Of a stretch of DNA of 64,000 bases, positions 11,388-23,315 are shown piece after piece. Position 1 is the stretch's first letter, and each line of letters opens with the position of its first letter. The position numbers and the translations under genes were made by a program. This DNA comes from Eledone cirrhosa (Eukaryota), in assembly GCA_964016885.1 (NCBI GenBank), contig OZ024746.1, forward strand, positions 75,888,001 to 75,952,000. Reading direction: 5' to 3'. The notes under the pieces were generated by a model that made no database searches, was not told where the DNA came from, and worked only from the letters and a program-made list of their open reading frames with translations.

Positions 11388-12003
11388 CTAGCAGAAAAAC
11401 CACCCTTCGGGTGGTTTTCTGCTAGCATGTGTAGTGTGTATATATACATGTAGATATGATACATCAAATAAAATCGTAATTGACAATATAAACAGAAATT
11501 AAGCGAAGACATTACACTGTCTTATGTAATCAGTAACGTAATCCATGATACATTAAAAAAAGAAGATATTATATATAAACTGCATTAGGAGAAAATTAGT
11601 ATGTTTATTTAAGTGATCGCCACCGGAAGTGTTGACATCACACACTCTCTCAAGTCAATTTTAAATTATTTATTTTTACGAAAATATTTTTGTTTACAAA
11701 ATTTAGTAGATAAATTATGTAATATTCATTCATTGGCAGTATCGGTAGAGAGTCGGACACCATGCTTTGAAGCATAGAGTTACGTCCCTTTATGATCTGA
11801 GTTCAAATCCCGCCGAGGTTAACTTTGCCTTTCATCCTTACGGGGTCGATAAAATAAAGTACCAGTAATGTACTGGGTAATTGCTGGCCTTGTGCCTAAA
11901 ATAGAAACAATTATTTATTCAAAGTAATCCAACTTATTTTACTAACGGGATAAAAAATAAAAACGTATGCAGTCCCGCAGAACTTCCTTTATTATAGTTT
12001 AGA
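11388..12003 (-). mobile_element. Non-autonomous Helitron
   Basis: On minus strand begins A|TCtaaactataataaagg (12003) and ends hairpin + CTAG|T (11388); shares atgtcaacacttccggt with the Helitron at 21260-22822; contains a nested SINE. Confidence 0.7.
11732..11915 (+). mobile_element. tRNA-derived SINE family S2
   Basis: A box tggcagtatcgg, B box gagttcaaatcc, conserved body gcctttcatccttacggggtcgataaaataaagtacc. Confidence 0.85.
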
Positions 12004-12489
12004 TTTCTTCTACAGTTCAACTATAAAAAGATACACACACTTAACATACTTAAAACACAAATAGATGCACAAAGAATGTGTGAAATGTAATGCCAACATT
12101 TAATACTGCAACTAAGAGTTGCACCTAAGATATAAATTCTTAAGCTTTCTACTGTCAAATTTCTCAGTCACAGAAGTCCAAATTCCATCATGTTTACAAA
12201 CAAACATGCTTACAGAAAAGATAACTATTTTTTTTGTAAATTCTATTTTGCAGTATTTAGAAGATACAAAAAAAAACTTTTTTTTTCACAGCTTAAAGCT
12301 TATTCGAGATTGCATCTCATAGGAGGTTTCTCAGATGTTTTAATGATAGGGGTCCCAGTCCTGTCATGAAAAGCAATGTGAAATGAAGTGTCTTGCTGAA
12401 GAAGGCAACATGCCACCCTGTCCACAAATTGAATCCATGATCTTCCGGTCGTATTTTCAACATGGAAAACGGTAATGTGTGTTGGATGT

Positions 12490-13012
12490 CTTTTAGTTCT
12501 GATGATGGGTGGTCCAATTGTTTGGGCAATGGAACAGTCTGCTCATGAAATTAACATGCAAGTGGCTGAACATTCCACAGACATGTGTACCATTAACCCT
12601 TTAGCATTTAAACCAGTCGTATCCAGCCAGAATTCTCTCACATCTTTCAGTTGAAACAAGCCACAACTGGCCACTCATACTGATGTTAAGGTATTGTTTT
12701 CAAAATAAATAATATCAAAATCTCATAGATTTGATATTATGTGAGATATTATGTGACATGAAGCCTTTACTGTGAAAATACAATAGTATATATAGAGTAA
12801 TGTAAATGGCAAAGGGTTAACGTAGTTCTTAGGAAGATTCAGCATGATAGTGTCTGACAAGGCTGGCTCTTTGAATTACAGGTACAAATTATTCTTTTCA
12901 AGTTGAATGGATTGGAGCAACATGAAATAAAATGTCTTGCTGAAGGACACAATGGGCTACCAGGAATGAAACTCATAATCTTACAATTGTGAGCTGAAAA
13001 CCCTAGACACTA
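12490..13012 (-). mobile_element. CORE-headed SINE (tail 1) interrupted by a MITE
   Basis: Colinear with 41870-42146(-) once 12597-12820 is removed. Confidence 0.7.
12593..12820. mobile_element. piggyBac-like MITE family B with TTAA TSD
   Basis: TTAA|ccctttagcattta...tgtaaatggcaaaggg|TTAA; paralogous empty site with a single TTAA at 41942-41945. Confidence 0.9.
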
Positions 13013-13144
13013 ATTGATGTACTTTGATGTACAACTTCAGTTAGACACTTTATACAAACCACATGAGTTCAGTATCTCTTAAATTGTAATTATGGTAATA
13101 TTTATACAGATTATACATAAATATATAAGTTTGTTCTAGATATA

Positions 13145-13290
13145 GGTGCAGGCATGGCTGTGTAGTTAAAGAGTTTGCTTTGCAACCACATGGTTTTGGG
13201 TTCAGTCCCACTGCTTGGCACCTTGGGTAAATGTCTTCTACTTTAGAGTAGAGTTGACCAATGCCGTGTGTGTGAAATTTTGTAGATGGC
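13145..13290 (+). mobile_element. tRNA-derived SINE family S3 (5' part)
   Basis: ggtgcaggcatggctgtgtagttaa...gggttcagtcccactgcttggcaccttgggtaaatgtcttctact. Confidence 0.75.
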
Positions 13291-13495
13291 ATACCCCTTC
13301 TAGCATGAACCATTTTATATCTCGGTTATTGCTAATTTTCTCCAAGCATGAGATCTATTTTCTAATGACTCTGACTAATCTGATAGAAAATATACTTTCC
13401 TCTCCCTCACGAATTGCTGGCCTTGTGCCAAAATTAGAAGCCATTATTATTAGCTTTATCTTTCTTTTTTTTTTTTTTTTACATATCCCCCCCTC

Positions 13496-13538
<43 letters not shown>

Positions 13539-13731
13539 CCAAGATTGGTGAGCTTTGGGTTGAGTCATTGTACTCTTTTATTATGCTGCTGTCTTTTCAG
13601 CTTCCTTTTGTTCTCAACTGATATCATGAACTTGCTCCCTTTCTTGTCCCCCCTCCCCTCCCCTTCACATATTTCATCATTTGGTTCTTTAAATGAGAAG
13701 TTGGATTCAAAAATTATTTTCTTTCTCTCTC

Positions 13732-13775
<44 letters not shown>

Positions 13776-14470
13776 TTAACATCCAATTTCCTTGCTCACA
13801 GGATACAAGGTGAACTCACTAATATTGGTGACAATAAAATGCACTCAGTACACTCAGTAAAGTGGTTGACATTAGGAAGGACATCCAGTTGTAGAAACCA
13901 TGCCAATAAAATGGAACATATGTGTAAGACATGGTTCCCCAACCTGTTTAATCTTGGACTGACAATTTGTCAAATCTATACCAGTAAGGGGAAAAAATAA
14001 TGATGATCTCTCTCTCTCTGTAAGTGTGTGATGATATATTTATTAATATTAGGGTTGTTAATTAACAAATTACAACAAACAATTACTGATGAAAGGACTC
14101 AATACAAGTAGTAGAATCAAAGCCATTATATATTGAAGTTGAGTGACTCTGAGAGCTTATTCAAAAAGGCTAATTTGAATAAGCCTCCAGAAGCATGTAT
14201 ATATATCATCATCATCATCATCATCATCACCAGCACCTTCTCTCCCTCTTCCTTGCTTCCCATCTATACTGGCATTGGTTGGACAAGTATGTTTGTGTAT
14301 ATGTATATTTCAGCAGATATATGCAGGTGTTCAACTGTTAATATTTGAAGACAGTTGTGAATGTAAACATGTGGTATATGGTGTGAAATAAATAATTGAA
14401 GTAGTTTCAATCAGAACTACAATGGGATGAGCATATCCACAATCTAAATTGGGTGGTAGACATAATCTGT

Positions 14471-14900
14471 TTAACCCTTTCATTACCATATTGAAAATAA
14501 TTAAGAATTTGGAAGATTTAGTAATGTCTAACGTCTCATTATTAACACTTTTACCAACCTGCTCAAAATAACATCTTGTTCTATAAAACAAAACCATTCA
14601 TTTTTTTCATGGGCTCCTATTTAAATTAAAATCTTTCAACATAATTTTGTATAAGAACCATATGTTAAGTTAGTATCTTAGTAATGAAATAATATATTTA
14701 GTAAATCTCTTCAAATTCTTCATTAATTAACTGAAATTAATAGAAATGTGTTTATGAAAGAGTTAAAATGTTGTTTGGCGCTTAACTGACGTAAAATTAT
14801 GATGGAAGGTTTTTAAATATATATAAACCTTTTTGAACAAACAACTTTGAGTCGTAGAACCAGGGATGGTTTCAGCTGGTGTTGGTATCAAAAGGGTTAA
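14471..14900. mobile_element. MITE family A with a second family A copy (14542-14766) nested in reverse orientation
   Basis: Outer ttaacccttt...aaaagggttaa; inner copy bounded by TTAA at 14542 and 14763. Confidence 0.75.
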
Positions 14901-15144
14901 TACTCTGCTTCCCCTGTTGCCCTCAGTTGGGTCCTCTGTTGCAAATATCCAGCCCATTCTTCGAACCAGTTTTAGAAACTCTGAAAAATGGACATTGATT
15001 TCTGTTTTCTCACTAAGCTGACTAAATGATAAACTAACTTGACTAACCTTAATAAACTATTAATTTGCACAGTGTTATTGAGTACTCATTCTCACATTTG
15101 TCAATACTAAATGGATATATATACATATATATATATATATATGA

Positions 15145-15270
15145 CGGTCCTGACTCTTTATAGCTACAGAGTTGGAGGCCTTCATTGTAGAAGACTTGCG
15201 AAGGTTAGAAAGAAATGAAGTGAGTATGCTTGAATGGATATGTAATGTTTGTGTGCATGAATGATGTAAC
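15145..15270 (+). mobile_element. RTE LINE fragment
   Basis: VEDLRRLERNEVSMLEWICNVCVHE matches the 53912-54649 ORF. Confidence 0.7.
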
Positions 15271-15645
15271 ATGTTCAGTGAGAGGTTCTCCAGTCTTATC
15301 ATGAAAAACAACTTGAAATGAAGTGTCTTGCTCAACAACACAACATGCTCTCCAGTCCAGGAATCAAACCCATATTATTACTGTGCATCCAACACTCAGG
15401 CTAAATGCTTTCACTATATAATGCAATAAAATGTTTAGGAATTGGTGTAGTGATTGTTAATATCAATTGATTACCAACCTTTATTGATTCCAGATTACCA
15501 CTAGAATAGGTGTGCATCAACAAGTACAGACATGTTTGCATACTTCTCTATACAATTATTTGTTCATGGGTTTGATAGTTATAATTGGTTTTTAATTTCT
15601 TATTAACAACATCATCAACAACAATGGGAGTATCAGTAACATAGT

Positions 15646-15955
15646 ATTGGCAGAGTGTCAGACAACATGCTTTGTGGCATATGGCTTTACATTCTGAGTT
15701 CAAATCCTGCTGAAGTTAGCTTTGCCTTTCATTCTTACAGGGTTAATAAAATAAAGTACCAGTAGTGCACTGGGGTCAATTTAATCAACTTTCTCCTCCA
15801 CCAAAATTGTTGGCTTTGTGTCTAAATCAGAAACCAATAACAATAATAATAAAAATAATAATAATGATTTCTACTATAGGCACAAGGCCAGCAATTTTGA
15901 GGGAAGGGAAAGTTGATTAAATTGACTCCAGTGCTTTATTTTATTGACCCCGTAT
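15646..15955. mobile_element. Two S2 SINE copies tail-to-tail (15646-15845 +, 15865-15955 -)
   Basis: B box gagttcaaatcc and S2 body; reverse tail aggcacaaggccagcaatttt. Confidence 0.7.
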
Positions 15956-17159
15956 TGGCAGTGGATCCTCTGTCAGTTCTGATAATGAGCATTCAGTTAT
16001 TCCATTAACTGAACTACCTATTTGTTAAATTAACTTGTAAACAGAAACTATGCAGAAGCCTGTTGTATATATATGTATGTGTGTCTCTGTCTTCACATTG
16101 TTTAAGCAAAATATGCCATTTGTTTACACCCTGTAGCTTAGTGTTTCCATGGGGGAAGAGGAATGTAATATATGCCATACATAAAAATATATAAGGGCTA
16201 GCAGGAGGAAGGACATTCAGCTATTGAATGCTACCTCAAAAACAACAACAAAAAAAGTTTTAATGTCTCATCCAACCCATGCCAACATGGAAAAGCAGAT
16301 GTAAAAATGATGATGATGATGACGATCACTGATGATGATGATGATGATGACTACAAATGAAACAAATTGAAAAATTTAGGAATTTTGTATGCTGTGCTAA
16401 GTCTCTGTGTATCTGTGTATTGTAATGTAAATGATTAGGTATATATAGTGATGCAATGAGTGTAAATTAATTTGATAGGAAGTTAGATAAATAGATAGAT
16501 ATTTAGATGCAATGTTTGATAATTTACAATGTTCTAAGCTGGGAATGCAGGTTTAAATACCTCCCAAAATTACTTGCCTATTTTTGTAGGGTTTTGGTTT
16601 TTTTTTGCTTTCTGTATAACATCTTTTACATGTTCTTTGTAAAAGTAAAGATTTTGTCAGGGGGCATGAGTCAGGGATTATGAGAAAGGAGTTTAGAGAA
16701 GGGTGGGGGTTGAAATCAAACAATGATTTGATTAAAGTGTTTTTGCAACAATGGCCCTTTATGTTGCTTTTATCTCTGACCTGGAAACCCTGTAGTTTAC
16801 TCATTATTGCTCTTCGATGTTTTTTGGGGAAAAAAAAAACTCATTGCTCTGATTTAGATAAATAAAAGAATGAAAACAAAAGGAATGGGGGTGGGGTCTG
16901 TTGAATGTAAAAAATAAAAAAAATATGAGTCCAACTAATTTTTTTTAAAGGAATCATCACTATAAAATATATAAAATAAATATAAATATTACAGATAAAA
17001 ATAAATATAACAATGGCAAATAGCTTTATTGTAAAAAAAAAAATAAAGATAATGATAATAATAAAATAGACATTCTGGAAATTTCTAAAGTAATTGTTAC
17101 TCTGAGTCTTTTGAAACATCCCAAGTTGAGGGATGAAGGATATAGTTGAGACTATATTT

Positions 17160-17252
17160 TTGTATTTGATATGTTTGTGTGTGTATGAGTGTGTTGGTGT
17201 GTATACTGTGTTTATATATATGTACATGTTTGTGTATGTGTGTTCATTAGTG

Positions 17253-17295
<43 letters not shown>

Positions 17296-18030
17296 TGTTT
17301 GTGTGTATGTGTACTTATTACTGTGAATGTGTGTATGTGATTTTTACTGTTTTGCATATATATGTTTGTGTATGTAAGTGTATTTATTACTGTATATGTT
17401 CTTGTGTGGGTGTGTATGTGTATAAATGTGAATATATTTATGACTATGTGTGTATGTATGGATGCATATATATGTTTGTATAGCCATGTGTATGTATATG
17501 TGTATGTGTGTGTATATATATTATATATATATAATCTTTGTATGTGTGTATATACATTTGTTCATAAGTAAGTTCTATCTTATCATTAAAGGCATATTAG
17601 TGTATATGTGTGTATGTGTACATTTAATGTGTTTATTAATATGTATGTATGTATTTCAAGATGGTTAAAGTTGATAAATGTCTTTGTATTTTGTTTATTT
17701 CCCCTTCTAAAGAATGTATCAACAAACTGGAATTCTGGTCTTCCATATTTTTCCTGTTAGCATTTTTATTTATTTATTGAACCTGTGTATGTGAGTTGTT
17801 ATGCTTTGTGTGCGTATGTGTGCCTGTGTTTTGTATGTATACATTTCTTTTTTATGTTTGTGCGTGTGTGTGCCTGTGTTTTGTATGTATACATACCTGT
17901 TTTATCTGTTTGCATGCTGTGTGTGTCTGTGTATATTTATGTCAATGTTTTGTCTGTGTGTGTGAGCCTCTGTGTGTGTGCACCTATGTCTTGTATGTGT
18001 GTGCATGTGTTGTATATGCCTGTGTGTGTG
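17160..18030. repeat. Long degenerate (TG/TA)n low-complexity tract
   Basis: Direct inspection; source of spurious VCVY-rich ORFs. Confidence 0.9.
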
Positions 18031-18161
18031 AAAAAGGAAGTTTGTGGTGCAGTGAGCAAGAGATTCCTTCAAAAAAATTTATTTTTAATTTTAAGAGGGA
18101 ATAATTTTTACTGAAGTTTATTAACTCCTCCCTCCCCGATTTGTTGTATTTTGTATTCTTC

Positions 18162-18423
18162 TAAACCCTTTTGATACCAAACTGCCTAAAACCAATCTTG
18201 GTTTAATGATACAAACTGTTTATTTTTTTAGAGTGTTTCTTGTTTCATCTACAAACCTTCCATCAATATTTTATGTAATAATTTTTGTTAGGTTATGCTC
18301 CAAGCAACAACTTAAATAATGATAAAGTTAGTTATAATAAATCACTTCAAATGTTTGATTATTTTAAAAGTTATTTGAAGATCCTAGATGTCTTTTATTA
18401 GATATATGGAACAAAAGGGTTAA
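18162..18423. mobile_element. piggyBac-like MITE family A
   Basis: aacccttttgataccaa...acaaaagggttaa. Confidence 0.75.
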
Positions 18424-18440
18424 ATATCATAACCTTTCTA

Positions 18441-18520
18441 TTTTTAAGACAATAGGGTGTAATTTGAAGTAGACTTGGCTGCTATTTCTAGCAAGTCGTG
18501 TGACCACATATAGGTTCCCT
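18441..18520 (+). repeat. Dispersed repeat (ttggctgctatttctagca family)
   Basis: Copies also near 23545-23590, 30760-30842 and 55550-55620. Confidence 0.6.
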
Positions 18521-19196
18521 TGTTGATGTAACATTACCTGTGTTGTTGAGTAATGTATGTACATCACAGAATCTCCTTTCTTCTTGTCTATATTTCTGAA
18601 ATCTTGTGCTTACATAGAACAAAATGTGGGTAAAAGTAAAATCAATTTTAATCCAATCATTTGGCAGAATAACAGAACAGATGCTAAGCCAAGAATGGTG
18701 ATGATGAGGATTTAGTTATTGTATGAGACAGATGTGCAAATTGTCCATCAGAATAATAGCTATTGATCTCAATCAAATTCCACTTTTAACGAAATATATA
18801 AGAATATATCAAACCTATTAATATCCCCTGTTAAAAGGTTCTAAAATCAGATTTGGAAATTTTCTGCTGAAAACATTATATATAGAGATGAGTGCAACAA
18901 TTTTGGAGCAGCTATAATACAAAGTTTATTTCTGTTATAGATGATATAAATATATGTGTGTGTGTGCAGGTATCATGATAAATTGTGCTCTGTAGTGTGC
19001 GAGTTGCGGGCCACTAGCCCATCTGAGAACTTGGTGAAGTGCAGGAATGTATGTAAGTGATAATGCAGGCTTACAGCCCATCTGTGGAGTCAGTACCTCC
19101 AATTAATGTCCGACCTGATTTGCTGATGACCTGTCTAACCCTTCCTAGCAGAGAAAGCAGACATTAAACGATGATGATGATACGTATATTTATATA

Positions 19197-19448
19197 TCTC
19201 TGTTGGCTAGTATCACCTTAGCTGAGGAGTGAAAACACACATTTGATCCTCAGCAGTTTATTAATCAGTGTCACCTTAGCTGAGCTGTGAAAATACACCT
19301 CTAGCTCTCAGCAGTCTGTTAGTCTGTTGGTTAGTGTCACCTTAACTGAGCAGTGATAACACACCTCTGACCTTTAGCAGTCATTTAGTCTGTGTCACTT
19401 TAGCTGAGCAGTGAAAACATACCTTTAGTTCTCAACAGTCAACAGTCT
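19197..19448. repeat. 4-unit 58/66-bp minisatellite with internal hairpin
   Basis: gtRtcaccttagctgag... units start at 19210, 19268, 19334 and 19392; gctgag/ctcagc inverted pair within units. Confidence 0.85.
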
Positions 19449-20050
19449 CCCAGACGCTTGAGCTGGTTTTAAGACCCAATCTGCATTTGGTTTCAACTAA
19501 AAATTTAGAATTCTCATGGATTCACTTTTCTGGAAGATTATTTCTTGTTCAACTAGACTTACAGATCATTTTTTTTTTTTTTTTCTTACAATATTGCCAT
19601 GTTATAGTTGATATGGTGATATTAAGAACCATTTAGCTTGACAAATTTACTTGGTTTCCTTTCTTGATATTGGCAAATATAACAAGAACAGGAAAACCAA
19701 CAACCACAATGATGATGACAACAACAATAACCATAACTGTAGTAAGATCAACAGCATCAACAAACTTGATAGTGCTAACAGAAATATAAGAATTAAAAAC
19801 AACAAAATCTGCACTGGGGCACAGACTGAAGTCAAATTGTAATAATGGTGTGTTTGTTCTTGGATGTAATTATTCCCAATATAAATGAAACTAAAAAAAA
19901 ATGAGAAATAGAAAAGGAAAATAAGATATAAAGGCAAAAGAGTATATCTTCCACAGAAGTATCATATTTAATGAATAGTAAAAAAACCCAGTATGCACAC
20001 ATACATGTAGGTGTGTGTGTATATACACATGCACACATATATGTGGGTGG

Positions 20051-20108
<58 letters not shown>

Positions 20109-20247
20109 TGTTATGAGGGGCATTTAGATGTAGAAAACAAGTCACAATCAGTTCTGTGTGAGCGATATACGGTCCTCTGACCTGATCTCTCACAAAGGGA
20201 CAACCCATGCTAGCATGAAAAATGGTTGTTAAATGATGATGATGATG

Positions 20248-20315
<68 letters not shown>

Positions 20316-20327
20316 ATATATATATAT

Positions 20328-20828
20328 GTAACCCAGTACAACCTGTCGCATCATCGGGTCATCGGCGACTAAACCGGCAACTCCAGCAAGTTTACTTGGT
20401 GAGGAGGGTGATTTTTGGACACCCTGCAGGACAAAAAACAAAAGCTGACAAAGGACACAAAGGGCAGAAGAACACATAAGAGTCAACGGCCATCCAAAAG
20501 TGTGTAAATATGTATATACACATGTACCGCGCGGTTAAACCACTGAGAGTGAAGGACCCCTAGCCTTTGTCAGGGCATTCTTCTAGGAGAAGGCAACTCA
20601 GGAAACTGGGATAACTCCAATATAAAACCTGCAGCTCAGTAGTTACCGATGATGTTGATTTTGTCTTCTTTTCTGGTTATAGCTACTGTCGCTCAGAGAG
20701 TGGGATTGGCTCAGTGCACAGTCTTTCCTCACTTCACGCACAGGGATTGCACGATAGAATTAATTAATAATTATTAATAATGGTATATCATGCAATGGCC
20801 ATACTCGGTAACGAGGGGGCACCCATCA
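20328..20828 (+). mobile_element. GC-richer insertion in (TA)n resembling an RTE 5' UTR-derived non-autonomous element
   Basis: Contains tagcctttgtcagggcattcttctaggagaaggcaactc...aaacc, similar to an RTE 5' UTR motif; related fragment at 49866-49932. Confidence 0.4.
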
Positions 20829-21236
20829 TATATATATATATATGTATATATATATGTATGTGTGTATATATATACAGACATGCATACATATAGGTCCAAC
20901 CCATACTAACACGGAAAGTGAACAAGATGATGATGATGCATATCACCATCATCATTTAACATTGTTTTCCCTGCTAGCACGGGTTGGATGGGTTGTCACA
21001 GATCAAATCAGTACTTAATCAGAGCTACTGACATTCCAGATGGGCCAGGGGCCACATCTTACTCACGTACATTCCTGCACTCTACAAAGTGTACCTGGTA
21101 CTTTTTTTGTGACACCAACACTAGAGAGGTTGTCATGTCTTCAACATAACTAAAGAGTCATCTTAACCCTCTAGTATGGCATAAATTCTATAGCTGGATG
21201 TCTTTTTTACCATCAGCCACTTAACAGAGTATACTA

Positions 21237-21259
<23 letters not shown>

Positions 21260-21268
<9 letters not shown>

Positions 21269-22822
21269 TATAAAGCTGACGGCCGTATGTATGTAACAAA
21301 CTTTTCGCCAAACAGCTGGACCAAAAAGCACCAAATTTGCACCATAGATGTAACTTTTTCCAAGTAAGAAAGTGAGGGTATTTTTGTCTTCTAACTTTCA
21401 TTAAAAGATTAAAGATATTTTATTGTTTATTTAAATATTCACTTCTTTAAAATTTTCAAATGTCAACACTTCCGGTTATACGACATTCCTCTCTCTTTCT
21501 TAGTCTGTCTTTTTAGATAGATATATAGCTATAACGTCGCGCCCATATAATATGTCTCTGTATGTCTGGCTGTCTGCATTAGATACATAACTATAACGCT
21601 GTACACTTATAATATCTGTCTGTCTGGCTGCCTGTCTGCATTGACTTCGCTTCTAACCAACTTTTAATTAATTCAGTGCAAAGATCCCGCACACCCTCTC
21701 AATAATTAATTATATATATATATATAATTCAGCGAGAATCGTATTTCGGCTGGTAGAAAAAGCGAAACAAAACGCAAAATCGTAGAAATGCTGGCAAGCG
21801 CTCAATAGTTAAAAAAACTAGAGCTAAACAATATGTTAAAACGCCATACAAACTGAAAAAGTGGTTAAGAAGGCATTAACCACCTAAGCCAAAAAACAAA
21901 TCAAGCTAAACAGGTCAAACAAAATAAATGATAAAAACCTAGACTCAAATGGAATTGGTGGTAAAATCCAAATGCAGGGTTTCTATGACACCTAAATCAA
22001 TAATACTGTCTGCTTAAAACTATAAGCTTTCAGCATAAAGATCGAACAAGGAATATCACATTATCAATAGGTAATTTTGCTCTGTAACCAACTTTGCGAG
22101 TGACGCAGAGCTTAGTAAACGCACATGCGTAAGTCACAAGGGGAAATTCCCCATATTTTGGCAAATGAATTCAGTATGTGTATATCATACAAAAAATTGC
22201 ATAGATATATATATATAAAATTAGTAATAATAATAAATGTGAAGACTAAAATCCAAAGAGGGCTCGATAAGGATAAATATATATCAAATATATAAGAACC
22301 CTAGAGCAAATATTGTTCCCATTGCTGACGTATTATCTTCGCTTTTTTCCGTTCATTGCCAGGGAACATCTTCACGAACCAAAGTATCGTCTTCCTGTTT
22401 TTCCTCGGTTGCAACGTTTTCGAAATATTTACTTCTGCGTTCACAGATTGATTTTTTTAGTTTCAGAAGATCCCGTTAAGGGTGAAAGCAGCGATTCTTT
22501 GCTTAAACTTTAATCTGTTATTTTAATATATATATATAATTATATATTCGTGTACAGACATTTTTGCATACACAAAACAAAATATAAACAAACGTATTTA
22601 TTTCACGAAAGCACAGACGGCTTATCATCATTGTTACTGCGGATATGCCACCCAAAAGGTCCCAGCCTGGCTGCAAGATCAGATTTTCCAGAAGAAAAAA
22701 ATGTTACTAGAGTAACAGAGAGACTAAGCTTCGCGATTACCATCAACAAAGCTCAGGGTCAAACCCTAAAAGTGGCTGGCCTTCATCTGGGAAAACCATG
22801 CTTCTCCCATGGTCAATTGTGA
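21260..22822 (+). mobile_element. Internally deleted Helitron (5' end plus Rep-Hel helicase fragment)
   Basis: Helitron-like 5' region (ataaagctgacggccgtatgtatg...accaaatttg); Pif1 helicase motifs at 22721-22822; 3' end not found; interior may include unrelated insertions. Confidence 0.6.
22721..22822 (+). pseudogene. Helitron Pif1-like helicase C-terminal motif fragment
   Basis: RLSFAITINKAQGQTLKVAGLHLGKPCFSHGQL matches the Helitron helicase motif V/VI region. Confidence 0.85.
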
Positions 22823-22981
22823 ATGTATGTATGCATGTGTATATATATGTATGTATTTGTGAATGTGTGTGTGTGTGTCTAAACATGTATGCATGTGTGT
22901 GTGCTGAAGCAAATAAGATGTACTTCTGTGGATATGTATGTATATTAAATCATGATAATTGTAATAGAATAACTGAACTGA

Positions 22982-22983
<2 letters not shown>

Positions 22984-23053
<70 letters not shown>
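22984..23053. repeat. (TC)n microsatellite
   Basis: Direct inspection. Confidence 0.95.
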
Positions 23054-23056
<3 letters not shown>

Positions 23057-23165
23057 GTTTAGCCTCAGGTCAGTGATATGATCGAAATTCAAGCTGTGAC
23101 CAACCAGGCTTTTAAAAAATTATTTGGTTAGGAATTGTGTAATCTAAACCTCATTATGTAGAGCA

Positions 23166-23315
23166 TTGGCAGAGTTGTAAGAGCATTGGATATACTGCCT
23201 TGTGGTATTTGTTCCGGCTCTTTACACTCTGAGTTCAAATCCTGCTGAGGTCAGCTTTGCCTTTCATCCTTTCGAGGTTGATAAATGAAGTAACAACCTG
23301 ATACTGGGGCCAATT
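23166..23315 (+). mobile_element. SINE family S2
   Basis: ttggcagagttg...ctgagttcaaatcctgctgaggtcagctttgcctttcatcc. Confidence 0.75.

Noticed and set aside
13215-14000. Longest ORF (261 aa) as a host gene
   Set aside because: It runs through an S3 SINE, a SINE tail, (CA)n and (CAT)n microsatellites and another SINE tail; no recognisable domain
17133-18114. Stack of overlapping Cys/Val/Tyr-rich ORFs
   Set aside because: Translations of degenerate (TG/TA)n; the same applies to YIYI, HTHT, ERER and SLSL ORFs throughout
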